Assembly (NCBI GenBank): GCA_903916665.1
Contig: CAIWXP010000030.1
Span: 1-7,039 of the forward strand
Origin: Candidatus Iainarchaeum sp.
Lineage (GTDB): Archaea > Iainarchaeota > Iainarchaeia > Iainarchaeales > 0-14-0-20-30-16
Direction: 5' to 3'
DNA: 7,039 bases
The notes under the pieces were generated by a model that worked only from the letters and a program-made list of their open reading frames with translations, was not told where the DNA came from and did not search any database. A program made the position numbers and the translations under genes. Each line of letters starts with the position of its first letter. Position 1 is the first letter of the stretch. Shown here piece after piece: positions 1 through 5,057 of the stretch.

Positions 1-131
1 ATATACTTTACTTTTTTATAATATTTATTAAACTAATTTTAACTCAGAAAGGTGTTAACATAAATAGAATTGTTTTAATTGATTTACCAAAGGTTACTCA
101 CGATATAAAAGGCTGTTGGAGCAAAGGCTAC

Positions 132-986
132 ATGGCACACGCAGGGGTTAGCTATGATAGTGTTAATTTGGCAGGCGTTTATGCGCATCAGAGTAAGATT
201 GTGCCAGACCAAAAGTTAATTATCAAAGAACATAAAGGCTTAGTAGATACATTAAAAAAGATTGGTTATGATGTTGGGCTGTTTGATTTTCCAGAAAGTT
301 TGAATAGGTTAGATTGCTTGGATCATTCTGCAGTTTTTATTAGAGATTCTGGTTTTTGCTATAAGAATAAATGGATTAAAGCTAATTTCAGTTGCCAAGA
401 AAGAATTGTTGAATCAAATGTGATGGCAGAGTTAGTGGGTAAGAAATTAAACAAAGAAATTGTTACACCTCCAACTGATGCATACATTGAATTTGGCGAA
501 GTTTATTTTGTTAATACCAATAAAGGTACTTTTTATTTTGGTGGTTTGTCAAGATCCAATGAAGCAGGGCATAATTTTATGAGAAATATTTTAAATCCTG
601 ATAATTTTATTATTTTAAAATCTCAAGGTTATCATTTAGATACTGTTTTTTCTCCTGTGTTAAATAAAGATGGAGATTTGATTGCTTTATTATATGTTGA
701 AAAACTATTTACACAGGAATCAATTGATCATTTAAAATTATTAAATATTCCATTAATAACGGTTGATATGTGTGATTCTACCTGGGATGATGGAAAATTA
801 GGCACATCTGCAATAAATAGTTTTATTGATAAAGGAATATTTATTAGTTGTTCAAAATTTAAAACAAAGGGTGTTGAAGAGAAATTAAAAGATTTAGGAA
901 TTACAAGATATATAACTCCTTTGTCTTGCTTCTTATTAGATGGCGGTTCAGTTCATTGTTTAACCAATGAAATTATTGATGAATAA
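132..986 (+). CDS. Amidinotransferase-fold guanidino-group-modifying enzyme (DDAH / arginine-deiminase-like hydrolase); substrate unknown
   Basis: ATG at 132 with GGAG 10 nt upstream; TAA stop. Motifs typical of the DDAH/ADI/amidinotransferase superfamily: SAVFIRD (cf. DSVFVED), FGEVYF, FYFGGLSRSNEAGHNFM (cf. DDAH SARTNxEG), GYHLDTVF (catalytic His region) and C-terminal DGGSVHCLTNE (catalytic Cys). The N-terminus is uncertain because the frame stays open upstream to the window edge. Confidence 0.75.
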   Translation: MAHAGVSYDSVNLAGVYAHQSKIVPDQKLIIKEHKGLVDTLKKIGYDVGLFDFPESLNRLDCLDHSAVFIRDSGFCYKNKWIKANFSCQERIVESNVMAELVGKKLNKEIVTPPTDAYIEFGEVYFVNTNKGTFYFGGLSRSNEAGHNFMRNILNPDNFIILKSQGYHLDTVFSPVLNKDGDLIALLYVEKLFTQESIDHLKLLNIPLITVDMCDSTWDDGKLGTSAINSFIDKGIFISCSKFKTKGVEEKLKDLGITRYITPLSCFLLDGGSVHCLTNEIIDE

Positions 987-1547
987 TTACTCTGGAATTT
1001 GTTGTATTCTAAATATTGCGTAATTCATATCAATAATATCACAATCTGCAATTGTCTGTGCACCAGTTTTCCAACTTTCAACAGTATTATCAAAATCTTC
1101 TTTTGTAAAGTCGTTACAATTATGTCCTGATGTTGACCAGGCACAATTTGATGTTGGTGTTATTATATTATCTCCAGTTTCAGCAGGTCCCTTAGTTAAT
1201 AATCTTGCCATTCCATCGGCAAACCAAAATTCTTGTGTTACTCCATTTCCATAATCTTTATAACAATGAGTTACATTTTTATCATTTGAATTTACATTTT
1301 TTGTTGAACTATCTTGACCATTAGTTTGTAAATTAGTTTGATCATTTGTAGTTGTTGTTGTATTAACATTACTTGTATCCGTAGAATCATTTTCTGTAAT
1401 GTGATTATAATCATTTATATCCTGATTTTGTAAATTAGGGTTTGGTGCATTGAAATTAATATTTTGTTTATTATTAGAAACACAACCAGATAATATTAAC
1501 ATAAATGTTAATGCAAATACAATACTAAAAATACTAATATACTTCAT
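987..1547 (-). CDS. Secreted lipoprotein of unknown function (lipobox signal peptide, N/T/Q-rich linker, 4-Cys C-terminal domain)
   Basis: ATG start. N-terminus MKYISIFSIVFALTFMLILSGC has a hydrophobic core plus an L-S-G-C lipobox. A low-complexity N/T/Q/D-rich segment of about 70 aa follows, then a globular tail of about 95 aa with 4 Cys (HCY, NCAW, HNCN, ADCD). The start lies 4 nt after the upstream gene's stop, with a GTGAT SD-like sequence 3 nt upstream. Confidence 0.7.
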   Translation of the reverse strand: MKYISIFSIVFALTFMLILSGCVSNNKQNINFNAPNPNLQNQDINDYNHITENDSTDTSNVNTTTTTNDQTNLQTNGQDSSTKNVNSNDKNVTHCYKDYGNGVTQEFWFADGMARLLTKGPAETGDNIITPTSNCAWSTSGHNCNDFTKEDFDNTVESWKTGAQTIADCDIIDMNYAIFRIQQIPE

Positions 1548-1551
1548 TTAA

Positions 1552-2367
1552 TCACAACCCCTTCAAATTATTTTTTAATTCTTTTATTTCGTTTTTAAAT
1601 AATTCAATTTCTATTTTATTTAATTTAATATTTACCGGATTAAGCATTTTTCCTTTTTGCACCTTAAATGGAATAGATATTGATAAGGTTCCAATTTTAT
1701 AACATAATAATAATTTATTCTTTTGATTTGAATTTAATTTTTTAAAGAATTTAAAAAATACCAATCCTACAAATTTAGATGGTATTCCATTAGCTCTAAC
1801 AAATTTTAAAAGTGTTAAATCTACTTTCTTTTGAAGTTTTTTATAATTCAATTTCGATTTTAAATTTAACAAAGGAATTGCTTTTCCGTGTAGACCTATA
1901 CAGGTAACTTTTTTGTTAAATTCTTTTGAGAATCTTTTTGCATCTAATTCCATTCCAAAACCAATTATTGTTTTATCCTTTATTTTTTTTTGTAAATAAT
2001 TAGTTATTTCATCTATAGGATTGGTAACAACAATTATTTTGGTTTGTTTATTTAGTGTATTTAAAAAAGAAATATATTCTTTAATTTTCTTTATATTAGA
2101 TTTTAATTCTATATGTCTAACATCAAAATTATTTGTTTTGATTTTTGCAATATTAATACGTTTTTTTGAGCTAATTGTTGAAAATGTAATTATAACATAA
2201 TCAAAATTTGTGTTTTTAAGTTTATTTAAAAATTTAATTTTTTTGTTATCCCTAACATTTTTAATAAACGGATCAAATATGAATATGGTCTTTACATAGC
2301 TTAATTTAACAAGATTTTTAACTATTTCTTTACCTGTGTTTCCATATCCAATTATTAAAATATTCAT
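1552..2367 (-). CDS. Short, divergent LDH/MDH-family NAD(P)-dependent 2-hydroxyacid dehydrogenase
   Basis: N-terminal Rossmann motif ILIIGYGNTG with FIFD at the end of beta-2. VVTNPIDEITNY matches the family signature V(I/V)TNPVD. GFGMELDAKRF matches G.G..LDS.RF (Asp168/Arg171 equivalents). IGLHGKAIPLL matches IGEHGDS.VPL (catalytic His). It is 271 aa versus about 310 for typical members, and the substrate loop is expanded and rewritten. Confidence 0.65.
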   Translation of the reverse strand: MNILIIGYGNTGKEIVKNLVKLSYVKTIFIFDPFIKNVRDNKKIKFLNKLKNTNFDYVIITFSTISSKKRINIAKIKTNNFDVRHIELKSNIKKIKEYISFLNTLNKQTKIIVVTNPIDEITNYLQKKIKDKTIIGFGMELDAKRFSKEFNKKVTCIGLHGKAIPLLNLKSKLNYKKLQKKVDLTLLKFVRANGIPSKFVGLVFFKFFKKLNSNQKNKLLLCYKIGTLSISIPFKVQKGKMLNPVNIKLNKIEIELFKNEIKELKNNLKGL

Positions 2368-2420
2368 ATTATATTATAATGTATTTACTTTATAATTCTT
2401 TGTAACCAATTATAATTAAA

Positions 2421-2460
2421 AAAATGAAAAATAAAAAAAGAAGTAGGTATTAAAACCTAC
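2421..2460 (-). terminator. Hairpin plus oligo-U terminator downstream of asnS
   Basis: On the minus strand, 13 nt after the asnS TAA, the sequence reads GTAGGT-TTTAAT-ACCTAC (6-bp perfect stem, 2443..2460). It is followed directly by TTCTTTTTTTATTTTTCATTTT (2421..2442). This fits both an intrinsic-terminator shape and archaeal oligo-T termination. Confidence 0.55.
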
Positions 2461-2473
2461 ATTTAATTTTGTT

Positions 2474-3760
2474 TTAAGGATAAAATCTATTTGGTGTTCT
2501 AGGGAATGCAATTGCATCTTTAATTGTGTCAATACCAGTAACCCATTTAACAACTCTTTCTAAGCCCATACCAAAACCTGCGTGAGGAACAGAACCGTAT
2601 TTTCTAGTGTCTAAATAAAATCCATAGTTCTTAGGGTCTTCACCTTGGGCTTTTAATCTTGCAATTATAGAATCGATGTTTTCTTCTCTTTCTGAACCAC
2701 CTATTATTTCTCCACAACCCTCCGGTGCTAAGAAATCAGAACCCAAAACAACCTCTGGTCTACCGGGTGCTTCTTTCATATAAAATGCCTTTACTATTTT
2801 TGGATAGTGTGTTACAATAACAGGAGTATCATAAAGAGCAACTAATTTTTCCTCTTCCAAAGTTCTTAGGTCTTTTCCCCATTCAACTTCAAAATCACAT
2901 TTATTTTTTAATAGGTCCAAAGCTTTGTCGTAGGTAATTCTTGGAAATTCTTTTTGAATAGTTGGCAATAATTTAGAAGTATCTCTTTCCATAACGTTTT
3001 CCAAATCTTCTTTGTGGTCTTCTAAAACTCTTTTAACAACATGTTTTACTAAACCTTCTGCGCAGGAAATCATTTGATCAAAGTTATACCATGCCATTTC
3101 TGCTTCAATCATCCAGAATTCTGTTAGATGTCTTGAAGTCAAAGATTTTTCTGCTCTAAAAGTAGGAGAAACGGTGTAAATTTTTTCCAAAGAGAAAATT
3201 CCTGCTTCTGCGGGCAATTGCCAGGTTTGTGTTAGGAACATTTTTTGGTCAAAATATTTTACTTCAAATAATTCTGAACCTCCTTCTGCCTGTGTACTTT
3301 GTAAAATAGGAGATTGAAATTCATAGAATCCATCTGCATCAAAATATTCATGTATTGCTTTTATTGCAGTTGCTCTAACTTTTAATGTTGTTGTTAATTT
3401 TCTACTTCTTAACCATAGATGTCTAACATCTGCTAAAAATTCTTTTGAATAATCTTTTTGTATTGGAAAATCTTCGCCTATGTGCACAATTTCTAATTTA
3501 GTTCCTTGTAATTCTAAACCACCCGGTGCCTTAGGTTCTTCTTTTAATTTTCCATGTACTATTAAAGAGCTTTCTGATTTTAGTTTATCTGCATCATTAA
3601 AGTGGGGAGAAGTTGCATCAAAAACTATTTGTATAATACCATAGGAGTCTCTCATTACAATGAAAACCTTATCTTTCATTTTTCTTATTCTGTAGACCCA
3701 ACCTTTGATTTCATATTCTTTGCCAATTTCTCTATCTTCGAATATTTTTTGTATGTACAT
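2474..3760 (-). CDS. asnS: Asparaginyl-tRNA synthetase, archaeal type (class IIb)
   Basis: 428 aa, ATG start, TAA stop. N-terminal OB-fold anticodon-binding region (IKGWVYRIRKMKDKVFIVMRDSYGIIQIVF). AsnRS-diagnostic motif 2 FRAEKSLTSRHLTEFWMIEAEMAW. Also LAPEGCGEIIGGSEREE, motif 3 GFGMGLERVVKWVTG and the C-terminal FPRTPNRFYP characteristic of AsnRS rather than AspRS. Confidence 0.92.
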   Translation of the reverse strand: MYIQKIFEDREIGKEYEIKGWVYRIRKMKDKVFIVMRDSYGIIQIVFDATSPHFNDADKLKSESSLIVHGKLKEEPKAPGGLELQGTKLEIVHIGEDFPIQKDYSKEFLADVRHLWLRSRKLTTTLKVRATAIKAIHEYFDADGFYEFQSPILQSTQAEGGSELFEVKYFDQKMFLTQTWQLPAEAGIFSLEKIYTVSPTFRAEKSLTSRHLTEFWMIEAEMAWYNFDQMISCAEGLVKHVVKRVLEDHKEDLENVMERDTSKLLPTIQKEFPRITYDKALDLLKNKCDFEVEWGKDLRTLEEEKLVALYDTPVIVTHYPKIVKAFYMKEAPGRPEVVLGSDFLAPEGCGEIIGGSEREENIDSIIARLKAQGEDPKNYGFYLDTRKYGSVPHAGFGMGLERVVKWVTGIDTIKDAIAFPRTPNRFYP

Positions 3761-3765
3761 GTTTT

Positions 3766-3771
3766 CCCCCC
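3766..3771 (-). promoter_or_regulatory. Shine-Dalgarno-like G6 tract for asnS
   Basis: The minus strand reads TAAGGGGGGAAAAC-ATG. The purine/G tract ends 5 nt before the asnS start codon. Confidence 0.5.
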
Positions 3772-3792
3772 TTAGTACATATTATACTAGTG

Positions 3793-3816
3793 TTCTCTTT
3801 AAATAGTTTAAGAGAA
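3793..3816 (-). other. Inverted repeat in the tRNA-Asn 3' trailer, overlapping a TTTAAA TATA-like element upstream of asnS
   Basis: TTCTCTT (3793..3799) pairs with AAGAGAA (3810..3816), and AAA (3801..3803) pairs with TTT (3807..3809), giving a 1-nt bulge and a 3-nt loop. The repeat begins 1 nt after the tRNA discriminator base. The stem is AU-rich with only 2 G-C pairs, so it is weak. Confidence 0.35.
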
Positions 3817-3817
3817 G

Positions 3818-3889
3818 CGTCCCGTGCAGGATTCGAACCTGCGACCTCTCGATTAACAGTCGAACGCACCACCGCTGTGCTAACGGGAC
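3818..3889 (-). tRNA. tRNA-Asn (anticodon GUU), no encoded CCA, no intron
   Basis: The reverse complement reads GTCCCGT-TA-GCAC-AGCGGTG-GTGC-G-TTCGA-CTGTTAA-TCGAG-AGGTC-GCAGG-TTCGAAT-CCTGC-ACGGGAC-G. It has a perfect 7-bp acceptor stem, a 4-bp D stem with GG in the loop, a 5-bp anticodon stem (one T-G pair), a loop C-T-GTT-A-A, a 5-nt variable loop, a 5-bp T stem with a TTCGAAT loop, and discriminator G. Confidence 0.92.
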
Positions 3890-3910
3890 AGAAAAAGTCG
3901 AACAAATGAG

Positions 3911-3918
3911 CAATTATT
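3911..3918 (-). promoter_or_regulatory. Candidate TATA-like box for tRNA-Asn
   Basis: The minus strand reads CGGAAATAATTG, with AAATAATT at -29 to -22 relative to the mature tRNA 5' end. This is the expected archaeal TATA position if the leader is short. A weak AT-rich match in AT-rich DNA. Confidence 0.3.
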
Positions 3919-4035
3919 TCCGATTATTGTCTAGAGCAGATTTTGAAAAAGAATAGATTTTTGTTGCCTTCAATTTTCTAACCATAATAATCTCTCACTA
4001 AATAATAATTGCCCCTTTGTTTTTATAAATGTTTT

Positions 4036-4938
4036 CTAGACCTCTACTCTTTTTCCTGGGATTCTTTTGAACAATTGTACTTCTCCCACGTGTTTCAAAC
4101 CACAAACAAATCTTGTTAATCTTTCAATTCCAAATCCTGCTCCAGCAGTAGGTTTTAATTTTCCTGCTTTTGCTAATTTAATATAATATTCATATTTTTT
4201 TTGATCTAATTTATGATCTTTAATTTTCTTCATTAATATTTTATATTCGTGGTCTCTTTCTCCTCCTGATAGTGCTTCTCCAAATCCTTCTGGATAAACT
4301 AAATCATAGTTAAAATATTCGCCTGATTTTTTAGGATCGCTTTTATCATAGAATTCTCTTTTATGACTTATTGCCCAAAATGGAATTTTATAATATTTAG
4401 ATGCTTTTAATTCCCAATATTCCCCAAATTTTTCAATCAATTCCCGCGTGTGTAATTTGGGAAATGGTAATTTCATTTCAGGTAAAACTCTTTTTAATAT
4501 TTTTAGTTCTTTTGATTTTGTTTTTTTCAAATGAATAAATAATTTTGAATAATATTCTTCCATTAATTCAAATACATCTGTCATTTTCGCATCTTTAATT
4601 TCAAAATCTAATTGTGTAAATTCAAATAAATGTTTTCCACTCTTCATTCTTTTTGGGTGTTCTAATCTTATGTTCGGAGATAAAATAAATATTTTGTCTA
4701 ACCCTTTTGATATTGCAATTTGTTTGTGTAAAATCATAGATTGCATTAATTGTAGCTTTTGACCACAATATTCTATTTCTCCAGTTTTAATTACTGAACT
4801 ATTTGGATCGGGTCCCAAAGGATCTGTAATTGGGGATAACATCACGGGTAATAATTGTGTAAATCCTTTATCTTGAAAATAATCAACACCAAATCTTAAT
4901 ATTTCACTTTCTATTCCTAATATTTCTTTTTCATGCAT
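4036..4938 (-). CDS. asnA: AsnRS-related asparagine synthetase (archaeal AsnA-type aspartate-ammonia ligase); class II catalytic core without anticodon-binding domain
   Basis: 300 aa, ATG start, TAG stop, strong SD. All three class II motifs are present: LLPVMLSPITDPL (motif 1), RLEHPKRMKSGKHLFEFTQLDFEI (motif 2, parallel to asnS FRAEKS..RHLTEFWMIEAEM) and GAGFGIERLTRFVCG (motif 3). YPEGFGEALSGGERD parallels asnS APEGCGEIIGGSERE. The protein begins where the AsnRS catalytic domain begins (about residue 120 of asnS). Length and motifs match the Pyrococcus AsnRS paralogue shown to make asparagine. Confidence 0.78.
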   Translation of the reverse strand: MHEKEILGIESEILRFGVDYFQDKGFTQLLPVMLSPITDPLGPDPNSSVIKTGEIEYCGQKLQLMQSMILHKQIAISKGLDKIFILSPNIRLEHPKRMKSGKHLFEFTQLDFEIKDAKMTDVFELMEEYYSKLFIHLKKTKSKELKILKRVLPEMKLPFPKLHTRELIEKFGEYWELKASKYYKIPFWAISHKREFYDKSDPKKSGEYFNYDLVYPEGFGEALSGGERDHEYKILMKKIKDHKLDQKKYEYYIKLAKAGKLKPTAGAGFGIERLTRFVCGLKHVGEVQLFKRIPGKRVEV

Positions 4939-4944
4939 TTTATC

Positions 4945-4951
4945 TCACCTC
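4945..4951 (-). promoter_or_regulatory. Shine-Dalgarno site (GAGGTGA) for the asnA-like gene
   Basis: The minus strand reads ATAGAGGTGAGATAAA-ATG. GAGGTGA is complementary to the conserved 16S rRNA 3' end (UCACCUC), with a 6-nt spacer. Confidence 0.6.
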
Positions 4952-5024
4952 TATTACTATTTGTTTTAAACTAGTTTATTAATACTTTTTCAATAATATT
5001 GTATATTTTATGAAAAAAGAAAGG

Positions 5025-5032
5025 TATTTATA
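5025..5032 (+). promoter_or_regulatory. TATA-box-like element (TATTTATA) for the Lrp/AsnC gene; implies a leaderless mRNA
   Basis: TATTTATA is preceded by the purine-rich AAAAAGAAAGG (BRE-like). Its centre is about 28 nt upstream of the A of the ATG at 5057, and there is no SD between it and the ATG. Confidence 0.4.
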
Positions 5033-5038
5033 CTACTT

Positions 5039-5057
5039 TATTGTAAATTTTACAATA
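5039..5057. promoter_or_regulatory. Perfect 19-bp palindrome, candidate Lrp/AsnC operator (autoregulation site)
   Basis: TATTGTAAA-T-TTTACAATA has 9-bp perfect arms around a central T at 5048. It lies between the TATA-like box and the start codon, and its last base is the A of the ATG. Confidence 0.45.

Noticed and set aside
1347-1362. Short (GTT)n-type microsatellite (TGTAGTTGTTGTTGTA).
   Set aside because: It has only about 3-4 units, is in-frame, and encodes the TTTTT run of the lipoprotein's low-complexity linker. It is not a repeat element or a CRISPR-like structure.
1983-1991. Homopolymeric T9 tract inside the dehydrogenase gene (similar T8 at 4195..4202 and T7 at 2161..2167) as possible slipped-strand phase-variation switches.
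   Set aside because: These encode ordinary Lys runs (AAA codons) expected from the composition. Nothing suggests they are hypervariable, and they are not placed near the 5' ends of surface-protein genes.
3761-3817. T-box or riboswitch-like leader upstream of asnS.
   Set aside because: The region is only 57 nt, far too short for a T-box or any known riboswitch. It contains just one weak AU hairpin, and T-boxes are a bacterial feature.
3914-3985. A 23-codon minus-strand ORF (MVRKLKATKIYSFSKSALDNNRK) in the spacer upstream of tRNA-Asn, with two consecutive Asn codons near its end. This is tempting as an Asn-sensing leader peptide or attenuator.
   Set aside because: Asn codons are abundant everywhere in this AT-rich genome, so two in a row is not meaningful. 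The ORF overlaps the best TATA candidate for the tRNA. I could find no alternative terminator/antiterminator hairpins. Leader-peptide attenuation is not an established archaeal mechanism. I kept it only as a note within the spacer finding.
3818-4035. tRNA gene as an integration site for a mobile element or genomic island.
   Set aside because: No integrase or recombinase gene is in the window. There is no long direct repeat of the tRNA 3' half. The only repeat is an 8-mer 38 nt away. Flanking genes are housekeeping genes functionally related to the tRNA.
4036-4938. Interpretation as a 5'-truncated pseudogene copy of asnS or aspS.
   Set aside because: The frame is intact over 300 codons. All three class II motifs and the ATP/Mg-binding GGER region are preserved. 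It has its own ATG and the strongest SD in the window. A functional family of exactly this architecture is known in Pyrococcus.
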